DNA of 64,000 nucleotides from a virus (Duplodnaviria; Caudoviricetes): IMG/VR virus record IMGVR_UViG_3300042196_000418; one strand, 5' to 3'. Shown piece by piece: positions 30,093 to 39,716 of this stretch (position 1 is its first letter; each line of letters starts with the position of its first letter). The notes under the pieces were generated by a model. It saw only the letters and a program-made list of their open reading frames with translations, ran no database searches and was not told where the DNA came from. The position numbers and the translations under genes were made by a program.

Positions 30093-30368
30093 TCATGGCT
30101 TCATCCCGTACTGACCGCGCTGGTTCTCGGCCTGTGCGACGTCGAGACCTGGGGATCGCGGAGCACGCCTGGCTCGCTCAGCCGCCTCGGCCTGACCGCG
30201 AGCGATGAAAAACTTCGTAAGCCCGACGAGGCCGCCGATGAGGATCACGGCGCCGACGAGATGACCCGGACCGAACGACTTCGTGGAAAACACGTCTGTC
30301 GTGAAGAGCGGATACTTCGGTGGAGGTGGCCTCGGCGGAGGCGCCACTGTGAGGGCCGACCAAGTCAT
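30093..30368 (-). CDS. Small single-TM protein ending in RGQYG motif
   Basis: TM LVGAVILIGGLVGL. Confidence 0.65.
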   Translation of the reverse strand: MTWSALTVAPPPRPPPPKYPLFTTDVFSTKSFGPGHLVGAVILIGGLVGLTKFFIARGQAEAAERARRAPRSPGLDVAQAENQRGQYGMKP

Positions 30369-31546
30369 GCGCCCTCTGTTCCTGGAGGTAGCGCGAGCTG
30401 CGAACGCCCCGCCGGCAAGGCACGCGAAACACGGGGACGACGGATCAGCTCCATGTACTTCTCACCCGGATCTTTGCCACTCCGCAGGTTCGAGGCAACG
30501 CTCGACAGCGCGACGACAGCGCCGATCCCGAGCGCCCCCCACAGGCCGTACTTGGCGAGCTTCCACACGTCACCGATACCTGTCTTGACTGCTTCGGCAC
30601 CCCGCTCGACGGTGTGTGCGACGTCTGCCCAAACCGTCGTCGGAAGTTCCGTCGGTTTCGGTGTGTCGACCGTGAATCCCCGCGTCTGAGCTTCAGCGCG
30701 GAGTGCATCGAACTTCTTCTTCCAGCTCTCGTAGACGTCCCAGTTCGTCTGAAAGCGCTCTGCGAAAGCGATGTAGTCAGCGGCGACCGTGCGGTCACCC
30801 CCAAGCTGATCGCTCTTGAACTTATTCCACTGCTTGAACAGTGGATCCGCGTACGACTTCCACCACGTGACCTTCTTGGGGTCGGGTGGCTTGGCGTCCC
30901 ACTCCTTCTGCGTCGTGAAGTGATAGCCACTGGACGACTTTGGATCCGGCGTCAGTTCGCCGACCTGGCTGGCAAGGCTCTGATAGAGCGTGTTCCAGTC
31001 CACGGCCATCTGCTTGACCGCCTCGGCGCGATCTCCGACCGAGTGATAGACCGTGAGACCCACCGCGAGGCTTGCGGCTCCCCGCCCACGTGGACCGAGC
31101 GTACTGCCCCCACGGCCGATGGACTGCTGCCCATATTGTCCGCCGACCTGCCTCTGGCCCACGATCGCCGCGCCGACGGTCGTCGCCCCGTAGCTCTGTA
31201 GCCGCGGCGTGAGCCTGTGCAGTAGCGCCTCGTAACGGTGACGTGCGTCGGCGAGACGCTCCACAGGACGCAGCTCTCGATCCGTGATCGTGATCTCCAG
31301 CCCGGAATAGTCCGGGTGCCACGTAAGCTGGACCCACGTCCCTTCCTTGAGGGCAATCTCCCAGCGGTTGGTTCCAGCTGTCGAGGCGACAGCAACACCG
31401 GCACTCGACAGCTCGTTCAAGAGCGCCTGCACTGCCGCTGGCGTGACGTTGTTGTAGCGCTGCTTCAGTTCGAGCGTGTGCACGAGAAAGGCGCCCACAT
31501 GCACGCGGCCTTGGGAAGTGCTGCCGTACGTTCCGCGCGTGTTCAC
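30365..31546 (-). CDS. Two-domain membrane protein (C-terminal TM)
   Basis: N-terminal RGTYG; domains shared with 25107 and 23728 proteins. Confidence 0.75.
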   Translation of the reverse strand: MNTRGTYGSTSQGRVHVGAFLVHTLELKQRYNNVTPAAVQALLNELSSAGVAVASTAGTNRWEIALKEGTWVQLTWHPDYSGLEITITDRELRPVERLADARHRYEALLHRLTPRLQSYGATTVGAAIVGQRQVGGQYGQQSIGRGGSTLGPRGRGAASLAVGLTVYHSVGDRAEAVKQMAVDWNTLYQSLASQVGELTPDPKSSSGYHFTTQKEWDAKPPDPKKVTWWKSYADPLFKQWNKFKSDQLGGDRTVAADYIAFAERFQTNWDVYESWKKKFDALRAEAQTRGFTVDTPKPTELPTTVWADVAHTVERGAEAVKTGIGDVWKLAKYGLWGALGIGAVVALSSVASNLRSGKDPGEKYMELIRRPRVSRALPAGRSQLALPPGTEGA

Positions 31547-31917
31547 GAAAGCTCCTTCTTGATCGTCGTGTGCGTCGGCTTCTTGCCCTCGGGAAGAAGC
31601 GTGGCAGCCTTCCAGCCCAGCATCATCGCGATCGTGTCACCCGTGATGTTCTGCCAGGTGTCCTGCGTCGAGTTCGGCCACAGCTCGGGCCACTTGTCTT
31701 TGAACTGACGCTCGATCACGAGATCAAAAAACAGTCCGCTCGCGAGCGTCGCCCACCAGGGGAGACGCCCAAGACCAGCGAGCACGCCGAACGCCGCGTG
31801 CCCCGCCGTGTAGCGGTCGACAAAGCCGTGGTTGTCCTCGCCGGGCAGCGCTGTACGCTGCACGCCGACGAAGGTCGGCGTGCCTTTTGCTCCGTATACA
31901 CCACGGCTGTCGCTCAT
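31543..31917 (-). CDS. Small multi-TM membrane protein
   Basis: DRYTAGH..N..GD pattern; N-terminal RGVYG. Confidence 0.65.
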   Translation of the reverse strand: MSDSRGVYGAKGTPTFVGVQRTALPGEDNHGFVDRYTAGHAAFGVLAGLGRLPWWATLASGLFFDLVIERQFKDKWPELWPNSTQDTWQNITGDTIAMMLGWKAATLLPEGKKPTHTTIKKELS

Positions 31918-32201
31918 GACGCTTGCCTTTCAATCGCAACCGGTTTGCACAGGTTGCAGAGCACGACGCCACCACACTCACGAACGATGACAGCGGTGCG
32001 TGCATCGAAGACGACGTCGTCCCCGCAGCCGTCGCATTCGACCGGATCGTTCGAGCGCACGTGCACGAGTTTGCGATCGATCAGGGCGGACTTCTCGACA
32101 CAGCCGTCGCAGAACTTCGCCCCATCAACGACACGCAAGACGAGCGCGGGCTGCTTGCAACCATCACACGCGAACGTTCCGTATGTCGCGGAAGGCTCCA
32201 T
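31914..32201 (-). CDS. Zinc-finger protein (4x CxxC)
   Basis: CDGC, CDGC, CDGC, CNLC. Confidence 0.65.
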   Translation of the reverse strand: MEPSATYGTFACDGCKQPALVLRVVDGAKFCDGCVEKSALIDRKLVHVRSNDPVECDGCGDDVVFDARTAVIVRECGGVVLCNLCKPVAIERQAS

Positions 32202-34004
32202 CTATGCCCACCGGTCCCCGCTGGTGGCAATCCCGCGTCGGATCGGCTCACCCGGACGAGACGGCGTGCGTTCACCGCCGATCTTCTCGTTAACCGGATG
32301 CGGCCACTGGAAGTCTTCCTTGTCGTAGTACGCGGCGTACGTGAACGACGCCGGATCGTGCGTCGCGGTGCCGAGCCAGTCGTCGGCATCGTCGGCAGCA
32401 CGAAACGCGAGCGTGTGCCACAGACCGTCTTTCGACGTGTGAATGACACCGATGACAGTCCCCGCGCGCTTGTCCGCAAGCATCTGGGCCCGGCGGCGGA
32501 CGTCGTCGATGGCCGCACCGATCACGATATCAGCGCCAACGTAATCACCTTCCAAGCGAGCACCTTGTTGCACAGCTACCTCAATCGGTGAGGTGCCCAA
32601 AGGCGGCGTCGGTAGTCCAAGCCGCGCCGCTTCGTGGCGCAGTGCAATCAGCTCGTTTGCCGCAGTCTTCACCACAGACACGAGCTGACTTCGCCATGCA
32701 TTGTAAAAGGGCATCCAGCGGTGCAACCACCACTCAGCACCTTGTCCTGATCCAGTGCCGGCCAGCTTTCCCCAGAAGTCAAAATGCTGCTCGACGAGAC
32801 GCGCAAGTCTCTCGTAGTAAGCCAAGGCTTCCGGAGGAGCCGCACCAACATAGTCGCCCGACGCCTGCGTGGTCGACTTGCTCGCGACGTGCTGCGCGAT
32901 CACCGACTCGTACGCAGGATCGTCGCTCTTGCGCCAAGCCACAGGGTTGGGCCAGTGCGGGCTCGATCGCTCGAACATCGCCAGCGCCACCGGCCGCGTC
33001 TGCGCGACTTCACGCAGATAGTCGAGCGCTGCCTGTTGCGTGGAGAACGGAACGATGTTCGTGGTGCCCTCCAACGTCACGACAGAGCTCGGGGTGCGAC
33101 CCGCATACGGCGAGGTCACCGGAGCATCCAGCGTCCAGACGTACGCCTCTGCCGGGTAGCTCGCGGCGTGGCTCGTCACATCGGAGATAGCCGACTGGAT
33201 CAGCGCCTTCGTCTGCGGCCACGACCTGCGCCGCACGCTGTCATGCGTCTGAGCGCCGACGATGTCGACCCACGGGCCGCCGATCAATGGATCGCTGTAA
33301 CCATCCGAGTAGCCGTACTGCGGCCCGACGAGGTCGACCCACGGACCGCCGACCAACGGATCACTGTAGCCGTCCGAGTAGCCGTACTGGCCGACGAGGT
33401 CGACCCACGGGCCACCGACGTACGGATCGCCAGACGTCTTCGGAGCGGGTGCCATGGCCTGTGGAGGAATCTTCGGCGCCGGCAGCTTCCCAGGCGGAAC
33501 AAGGGGAAGCGTCTGGCCTGGGTTCTGCTCCTGCCACCTGCGCAGGAAGTAGCCGCCGAGTCCGCCGACCGGCAGGCCGAGAAAGAACGGCCACCAGGTC
33601 CCGACCTGCGGATCGCAGCCAACGTTGGGAACACAACCAACATTGGAAGCCGCGTGCTTGAAATGCTCCATGCCCGCAATGGGTGCGCGAAGATCCGCTC
33701 CGGCGAACACGGCGGCATAGTCGTGATCTGGCTCAAGCTGCATATGCTGGCTGAACCAAGCACCCGCATCTTCGAGCCGCGGGAAGAGATAGATCTTCTG
33801 GTTGATCCCGCTACGCATGTAACCGTAGAACGGCGACTGGTGCTGCGCGTGGACGCTCCTCACCGCTGCCGCTGCGATCTCGGGGTAGCTCTGTCCGTCG
33901 GCACCGATGTAGTTGCCAGCGTAGGCAGTCATGTCGCGTTCTCCTTCGGCGAAGCTACCGCGCCCCGCGTCTTCAGTAACCTTATTGTCGTTGTCGCTAC
34001 TCAT
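32202..34004 (-). CDS. Multidomain putative structural/membrane protein with GGPWVDxVG repeats
   Basis: Three GGPWVD[LI]VG repeats, one TM, repeated alpha/beta module. Confidence 0.75.
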   Translation of the reverse strand: MSSDNDNKVTEDAGRGSFAEGERDMTAYAGNYIGADGQSYPEIAAAAVRSVHAQHQSPFYGYMRSGINQKIYLFPRLEDAGAWFSQHMQLEPDHDYAAVFAGADLRAPIAGMEHFKHAASNVGCVPNVGCDPQVGTWWPFFLGLPVGGLGGYFLRRWQEQNPGQTLPLVPPGKLPAPKIPPQAMAPAPKTSGDPYVGGPWVDLVGQYGYSDGYSDPLVGGPWVDLVGPQYGYSDGYSDPLIGGPWVDIVGAQTHDSVRRRSWPQTKALIQSAISDVTSHAASYPAEAYVWTLDAPVTSPYAGRTPSSVVTLEGTTNIVPFSTQQAALDYLREVAQTRPVALAMFERSSPHWPNPVAWRKSDDPAYESVIAQHVASKSTTQASGDYVGAAPPEALAYYERLARLVEQHFDFWGKLAGTGSGQGAEWWLHRWMPFYNAWRSQLVSVVKTAANELIALRHEAARLGLPTPPLGTSPIEVAVQQGARLEGDYVGADIVIGAAIDDVRRRAQMLADKRAGTVIGVIHTSKDGLWHTLAFRAADDADDWLGTATHDPASFTYAAYYDKEDFQWPHPVNEKIGGERTPSRPGEPIRRGIATSGDRWA

Positions 34005-34429
34005 CGAAGCGCCTCAAGAGGCCACGCCACGGCGGTCGCTGCGGAGAGCGCCAAACGAGGCTCCGAGCGGACCTCTTGCAGCCTCGACACGAATCTATCG
34101 GGCCCTACCTTGGGCGGAGGCTGACGGAGGACGTCACGAAACACGTGCGCTGCGCCGTCCTTCCACCACTGGACCGTGCCGCACTTGCATGTATGCGCCA
34201 CCGGATCGCCGAGATTGAACGCACCGAGATGCCGCCACTTGTTGCCGCAGGCTTCACAGGTGTGGGTGTGCATATCCAACATGTATGCGCCAAGGACGCC
34301 GACACCGACCGCGATCGCGAGGACGCCGATCATGTTGCCGAACGAAGGCGGTGGCGCCGTAGGTTCTTCCTTGAAGGTCCTCCAGGGCGACGTCTCCCAC
34401 GGCGGAAGCTGTGGATCGCTAATCGCCAT
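34001..34429 (-). CDS. Single-TM protein with zinc ribbon
   Basis: TM then CEAC..CKC; start MAISD at 34429. Confidence 0.65.
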   Translation of the reverse strand: MAISDPQLPPWETSPWRTFKEEPTAPPPSFGNMIGVLAIAVGVGVLGAYMLDMHTHTCEACGNKWRHLGAFNLGDPVAHTCKCGTVQWWKDGAAHVFRDVLRQPPPKVGPDRFVSRLQEVRSEPRLALSAATAVAWPLEALR

Positions 34430-34694
34430 GGTGGCGCCTCCTGTGCTTCTTTTGGCCATACTCACCACGGTCATTCTCGTCGCGTTCACCACGCATGTCA
34501 TCGCGGTGACGCTTCTTGCGCTTACGTGCGAGGCCGCGCGACGGGACACCTTGTTGCGGAGGCAGGCTGCGATCGGGCTGCCGGCCAGGGCCCGCGGCTG
34601 CCTTGCCGCCGAAAATACCGAAGCCGACAGCGAGCGCGAGTGCGCCGATCCCGCCGCCGATCAAGAGCTTCTTCTGATCCTCGGTCAACGCCAC
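34419..34694 (-). CDS. Small single-TM protein with basic tail (RGEYG)
   Basis: GTG start at 34694; LLIGGGIGALALAVGFGIF. Confidence 0.6.
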   Translation of the reverse strand: MALTEDQKKLLIGGGIGALALAVGFGIFGGKAAAGPGRQPDRSLPPQQGVPSRGLARKRKKRHRDDMRGERDENDRGEYGQKKHRRRHHGD

Positions 34695-34695
34695 G

Positions 34696-34935
34696 TCAGC
34701 GCTTCCTCGTCGCCCGCCGCGTCGCCCTCCGCTCCGGTCGCGCGGCTGCAAGCTGGAACGCGCGCTCGATCGCAGCGGGCTTGGACGTCTCGTAGACCGA
34801 GGCACCACCGCGCGGAAGGATCTCCCAGAGCCGCTTACCGATGTTCCGCACCTGCACGTTGCCGTCGTACGTCTCGTACGCGAGCTGGTACGTCGTCGAG
34901 ATATTGCGCATGCCTGTTGGAGTGCTCTTCGCCAT
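34696..34935 (-). CDS. Small basic hypothetical protein
   Basis: Start MAKST with GGAG upstream. Confidence 0.55.
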   Translation of the reverse strand: MAKSTPTGMRNISTTYQLAYETYDGNVQVRNIGKRLWEILPRGGASVYETSKPAAIERAFQLAAARPERRATRRATRKR

Positions 34936-34963
34936 CAGAATTGTCTCCGTTTTGATGCGAACA

Positions 34964-35269
34964 TCAGGGTTCGCTCCTCTTGGGTCGCACGCGCTCTGCA
35001 AGATCGTGCAACGAGGCACTCGCCCGCGATGGTAGCGATCGTGCGCTCTGGCGAAGGTCCGCCGCGAAGCTCTGCTCCGGCAGTCCGGCCATCTTGTAGA
35101 GCTGCTCGATCTGCTTCGACTGATGCCGTGCCCACAAAACGGCGCCACCGACGGCGATCGTCCCGAGGATCCACGCACCGACGGAGGACGGCTCGCGCGC
35201 GACGTAGACCGTCGCGGCTTGCGGGATCTGTCCCACGCGCGACGAGCCGTACTGTCCGCGGGCGTTCAT
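34964..35269 (-). CDS. Small single-TM protein with N-terminal RGQYG
   Basis: Start MNARGQYG at 35269. Confidence 0.65.
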   Translation of the reverse strand: MNARGQYGSSRVGQIPQAATVYVAREPSSVGAWILGTIAVGGAVLWARHQSKQIEQLYKMAGLPEQSFAADLRQSARSLPSRASASLHDLAERVRPKRSEP

Positions 35270-35270
35270 G

Positions 35271-36542
35271 TCAGAACACCCCGTTCGTGCGCGAGAACGC
35301 CTGCGTTGTGTGCGGGTAACGCTTGCGATCGTTCGGCCTCTCCAGCCAGCCGACCGCGCCATCGAGCCCCGCGCACTGGATCACCCCGAGCACTCCCGAG
35401 AGCGTAATCGTCTCGGCTCCCTCGTGACCAGGCACCGTGATCGCACGGCCGAGATGCTCGAACAGACCGCCCGCCGCCGCGTGACCGTGCGCGTCCGCAA
35501 GATCTGCGTCGAGCGCCGAGCGCTGCGCCGGAGGCGATCCGTGGATCGCGCGCGGATCGATGCCGAGCTCGGCGAGACGCTCGCGACGCTGCCGGTACTG
35601 ACCGACATGGCGGGACGAATTAAAGGTCGGCGCTTCGCGTTCGAGCAGTACGACGAAATCACGCCAGGATGCATCGGGCACGCTCGAGATCGGCGAGCCA
35701 GGTGCCAACGAGCGCGCGCGATCAGCTGCCTCTGGCATGCCGGCCGCATCCTGCATCTGTGCGACGGTCTCGGGAGGCAATCCAGGTGGCTGCGACATCG
35801 GCGTCACCGAAGGTGGCATCGGAGGAGCCATCGGAGAAGGAAGCGGAGGCGGAAGCGGAGGCGGAGGCGGAGGCGGAGCGTCAGGTACTGCAACAGCTGG
35901 AGGCGCTTGATGGGCAACTGTTGGAAACGCGCCGCGCGACACCATTTCCATGAAGCGCACAGGATCAGCGTTGAGCAGCGCACTGATCTCGTCATCCATC
36001 GACGGAATCGGAAGCGATGCCTGCGCGGGATCCGACATGAAATTGGAAGGAGCGTTCGGAGTGGAGGGTTCGGTGCGCGGAACAACCGGTGAAGGCGCGT
36101 GGAACGCAGACTCGAACGGCGGCGGCGCTGCGGGAGCTGCGTACGCCGCTTCTGCCGCGTAACGTGGTGCGTGCAGAACCGCGCACGATCCGCGCTCGTA
36201 GTTGGCGTGGACGGGACGTGCCGCACGCATGCGCTGGTGATGAAGAACGACCGGTGCAATGAACACCTGCACGATGTCCGACACGAGATCGTCGCGGCCG
36301 ATCGATCTCGCTTCGGCGATCGCGCAGATAATCACAGTCGGTGAAGGCGTCTTGCCAACACGCAAGATCTCTCCGAGCACCGAGATGGGGCCCGGTAGTC
36401 CCGGTCGTCCTGCGACGACAGGTCCCGGCAGTACCGGAGGTCCTGCTGGAAGTTGCCGTGACGGAGGGGCAGCCTTACGCGACGAGCGATTCGCGAGTGC
36501 CACGGCGATCGCGCCGACCAAGAGAACAGGTAGGAACCACAT
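35271..36542 (-). CDS. N-terminally anchored Pro-rich protein
   Basis: Hydrophobic N-terminus, Pro linkers, globular C-domain. Confidence 0.7.
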   Translation of the reverse strand: MWFLPVLLVGAIAVALANRSSRKAAPPSRQLPAGPPVLPGPVVAGRPGLPGPISVLGEILRVGKTPSPTVIICAIAEARSIGRDDLVSDIVQVFIAPVVLHHQRMRAARPVHANYERGSCAVLHAPRYAAEAAYAAPAAPPPFESAFHAPSPVVPRTEPSTPNAPSNFMSDPAQASLPIPSMDDEISALLNADPVRFMEMVSRGAFPTVAHQAPPAVAVPDAPPPPPPPLPPPLPSPMAPPMPPSVTPMSQPPGLPPETVAQMQDAAGMPEAADRARSLAPGSPISSVPDASWRDFVVLLEREAPTFNSSRHVGQYRQRRERLAELGIDPRAIHGSPPAQRSALDADLADAHGHAAAGGLFEHLGRAITVPGHEGAETITLSGVLGVIQCAGLDGAVGWLERPNDRKRYPHTTQAFSRTNGVF

Positions 36543-36545
36543 GGG

Positions 36546-37211
36546 TCACCGACCCCCTCGCCACGAGGGGACCACGTTGGCGATCTCGCGGTCGAGTTGC
36601 GACCTGCTCCTCTTCCGCGCGTGAGCGGCCGACATCGTGCTGTGCGCACGCGTCGTCGCGCCGACGCGGCCGTATTCACCGCCGTACGTCTCGCGCAGCC
36701 ACGAGTGCATGTCGTCGGTATTGGCCATCTTGAGAACTTGCTGATCTTCGATGCGCCCGCGGCCCGGCCACAGCGCGAGCCACGACTGGCTCACCGGCGA
36801 CCATGCGATCTTGAGACTCTCCGGCACTTTCCACGACACCTTCTTACGTGCGTGTGCGCTCGACGAGGACTTCTCCGGCTTCTGGTACTTCTTCGGCAGC
36901 AACCGGTCGTAATTGCCAAGCGCGTGCTCGGACTCGAAACGCTTGGTCAGCTCCTCCGCGACGAGCTTGCGCGTCGGCACACCGAACATCTTGTGCCACG
37001 GCTGATCGGACGAGCCGAACGCCTTGGCGTATTTCTTCGCGCCCGACTCGACAAGATAGCCGAACGCTTTCACCGCGAGCGCATGCTTGTACTGACCGCG
37101 CGCCTTCTTGGTCGCGAGGTTCTTGAGAATCGGCGCGTGCTGCTGACGATGCAGGTCAGCGTCGTTCTCGATGTACTGCTCCAGCTCAGTTGCGGCGTGG
37201 GTATCAGTCAT
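36546..37211 (-). CDS. Hypothetical protein with HARK motifs and C-terminal tag (SQLDREIA)
   Basis: Direct translation. Confidence 0.75.
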   Translation of the reverse strand: MTDTHAATELEQYIENDADLHRQQHAPILKNLATKKARGQYKHALAVKAFGYLVESGAKKYAKAFGSSDQPWHKMFGVPTRKLVAEELTKRFESEHALGNYDRLLPKKYQKPEKSSSSAHARKKVSWKVPESLKIAWSPVSQSWLALWPGRGRIEDQQVLKMANTDDMHSWLRETYGGEYGRVGATTRAHSTMSAAHARKRSRSQLDREIANVVPSWRGGR

Positions 37212-37284
37212 GCGGCGCCATCATACCTTGCCGGCGTGCATCAAGAGCTCTCTTGACAGCCCCTTGTGCGACGCTTGATGTCAC

Positions 37285-37905
37285 GTGACGTGCCGAAACA
37301 TTCACAGCTTCATCATCTACGGGCTCATCGACCCACGCACTGGTGAGATCCGCTACGTTGGAAAATCGTGCTACGGCCTTGATCGACCAAGGCGTCACAA
37401 GACCCTGACGAAAAAAGAGACTACGCACAAAGCGAACTGGATCAAGGAACTCCAACGCAACGGGCTGACTTATGAAATTCGCGTACTTGAACGCTGCTCT
37501 TCCCATGAAGAAGTGCTGGATGCTGAGGAGCGTTGGATCCTTGCTGGTTTCAGATTGGGCTGGCCGTTGACGAATCTCACAATTACCGAACGCGCAGGAG
37601 CACGCAGAGGTCCGCCGAGTGCAGAAACCCGCGCGAAAATCAGCGCAGCGAAAAAGGGCAAACCGCGCCCCGACCTGCTTGGAAAGCCTCGACCGGACTT
37701 GGCCGCGTTGAATAAGACGCGTGTGAAGAGCGAAGAAGAGCGCGCTAAACTTGCGGCGGCTGCGATCGGTAACAAGCGTGGCGCCGGTTTCCAAATGACC
37801 GCCAAGCATCGAAAGACGATGTCCGACTTGCGAAAACAGGAATGGGCGCCGGACGGCTGGCGGCGCACTGACAGTCCAGACGGCCTTCGTCGGAGCCAAA
37901 AATAG
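37285..37905 (+). mobile_element. Free-standing GIY-YIG/NUMOD3 homing endonuclease
   Basis: IIYGLIDPRTGEIRYVGKS, E..WI, LTNLT, SAETRAKISAAKKGK; antisense to the operon and visibly lower GC. Confidence 0.85.
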
Positions 37906-37909
37906 CTGT

Positions 37910-38455
37910 TCAGATTCCACTGGTGTAACTTCCGCCCATTCCGAGCTTCTTGGATGGATCTTCCACGAGCGGATTCTGTTCATAGAGCTGCGCGTACTCT
38001 CGCCAGCCTGGCAGGCCCACGCAGACGTGGACCATCTGGATCCCTTGCTCGGGAACCATGTGCGCCGGGTGCCCGAGGCCGATCATCACATCCTTGGGCA
38101 CCGTCCGCCACTTGATGATGGGATCGGCCGCGTGACCCGCCACGCGCAGCTCGGCGACGCGCCAAGCCACGAGACGATCGCAATCGCCGTGACCGTCCGC
38201 GAGCACGGCCGGGATGTCCTTCCAGTTCTCCTCGCCCGGCTTGTCCTCTTGATAGCGGACCCCCGACGCGTAGAGCGGCGGGAGCGGAGGACCGAGACCC
38301 TTCTGCGCGCGGCGAAGCGAGCGACGGAGGTGCCACTCGTTGACCTTGATGAGCCCTTCGAGCAGCGGAATAATCGGCGCGAAGTGTCGCTCCTCGTCGC
38401 GATCGTCCTCGTCGAAGTGCTCGGGGAGCGTGAGGTGGACCTTGGGTGTGATCAC
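37910..38455 (-). CDS. Transglutaminase-like cysteine protease (Cys-His-Asp)
   Basis: GVRY..E.W....V...GDCDRL..W, HVCV, EDPS..LGM; GTGA overlap start at 38455. Confidence 0.7.
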   Translation of the reverse strand: MITPKVHLTLPEHFDEDDRDEERHFAPIIPLLEGLIKVNEWHLRRSLRRAQKGLGPPLPPLYASGVRYQEDKPGEENWKDIPAVLADGHGDCDRLVAWRVAELRVAGHAADPIIKWRTVPKDVMIGLGHPAHMVPEQGIQMVHVCVGLPGWREYAQLYEQNPLVEDPSKKLGMGGSYTSGI

Positions 38456-38985
38456 AGCCAGCCCCGCTGCGGAGCCATCGCGCGGAGCACCTCGTCGCGT
38501 GCCCACTCGGCGTACTCGGGGTACGCGTCACCGCCGTAGTAGTCGTAGAGCTGTCGCCAGTACATGAACCACTGCGGATCCCAGTACGGGTACCAGCGCG
38601 GCCACCAACCGTAGTTGGTGACGTAGACATAGTCCTGGTGGCGAAAGCGCGGATGGACGGGATGCCAGCGATCGCGCCGGTCGTCACGATCACGACGGTC
38701 GTCACGATCACGACGGTCGTCGCGGTCACCCCTGTCCCCTCGAAAATCTGGCTGCTGCGGATACGTCCGCGGCGGCAGCGGCTGCGTCACACGCGGATCC
38801 GGCTGCTGCGGATACGTCCGCGGCGGCAGCGGCTGTGTGACGCGCGGATCTGGCTGCGTGTCGCGCGTCGGCACGGGCCGCTCACCGCGGTGATCACGGA
38901 CGACGGGCCTTTCGCCGCGATGGTCACGGACGGTCGGTTCTTGGCCGAGGTACGCGCCGTAGTAGTACGGATTCCAGCTCATCAA
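38452..38985 (-). CDS. Low-complexity repeat protein (VRDHRG x2, 17-aa repeat x2, DDRRDR x3, Trp/Tyr-rich tail)
   Basis: Direct translation. Confidence 0.7.
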   Translation of the reverse strand: MMSWNPYYYGAYLGQEPTVRDHRGERPVVRDHRGERPVPTRDTQPDPRVTQPLPPRTYPQQPDPRVTQPLPPRTYPQQPDFRGDRGDRDDRRDRDDRRDRDDRRDRWHPVHPRFRHQDYVYVTNYGWWPRWYPYWDPQWFMYWRQLYDYYGGDAYPEYAEWARDEVLRAMAPQRGWL

Positions 38986-39614
38986 AGGACTCCTAGTCGA
39001 TGCAGCAGTTCGATGAGGCCACCGCCACCGGCGATTAGGCCCACGCCCTTCATGACCATTTCGCGCTTCTTCTTCTTCGCATCGAACACGTCGAGCTTCT
39101 CTTCCTTGTCCACTTCGACCTTCGCGAGCTCCTTGGCACGATCGACGTCGACCGTCGCCGTGAACGTCACGTGTTCGCGATCGGCTTCGCGATCGTGCGT
39201 CTTTCTCACGAGCGTCAAGGTCTCGGTCAAGAGCTTCTCCTGCCCATCGAGCTTGCCGACTGCGCCGGACACCGCCGAACGCATGTCACCGAATTGGCCC
39301 GAGAGCACCTTGACGTCGGAGCGTACGTCGCTGACGTCCTTCTTCAGATCATCGTGCTTCTTCTCGACGTCCTGCTTCAGCTCGTCGTGCTTCTTCTCGA
39401 GCCGACCGAAGCGCTCGTCGGGAGGCCGCTGTGCGCGGCGTTCCTCTAGCTCTTCGCCCTCGTAGCGACCCGTGATCTCCTCACCCCCGAACTCCTTCAC
39501 CACGCCATCGCGCTCTTTGCGCGCTGCAATGCCTTCCATGTCGCGTTCGTCTTGGCTCTGCATTCGAGGCGTCTTCGATCCGAACGGTGGGGGTCTGCGA
39601 CTGCGGTACGACAT
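38982..39614 (-). CDS. Coiled-coil protein with C-terminal hydrophobic segment
   Basis: LEKKHDELKQDVEKKHDDLKKDV heptads; GVGLIAGGGGLIELL. Confidence 0.65.
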   Translation of the reverse strand: MSYRSRRPPPFGSKTPRMQSQDERDMEGIAARKERDGVVKEFGGEEITGRYEGEELEERRAQRPPDERFGRLEKKHDELKQDVEKKHDDLKKDVSDVRSDVKVLSGQFGDMRSAVSGAVGKLDGQEKLLTETLTLVRKTHDREADREHVTFTATVDVDRAKELAKVEVDKEEKLDVFDAKKKKREMVMKGVGLIAGGGGLIELLHRLGVL

Positions 39615-39652
39615 CGTGAGGGTGCGCGATCATGGTCAGAAGCTGTTCTCGT

Positions 39653-39708
39653 GCTCCGCCGCCGAATCGAACGGCGACTTGCCGCGGAATACCGCGACCC
39701 TTCGGAGC
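39653..39708 (-). ncRNA. tRNA-like intergenic structured element (copy A)
   Basis: Minus strand: GCTCCG outer stem, CGCGG-TATT-CCGCG hairpin, CGCCG-TTCGATT-CGGCG T-arm, then CGGAGC. Confidence 0.5.
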
Positions 39709-39716
39709 TGCCGTCG

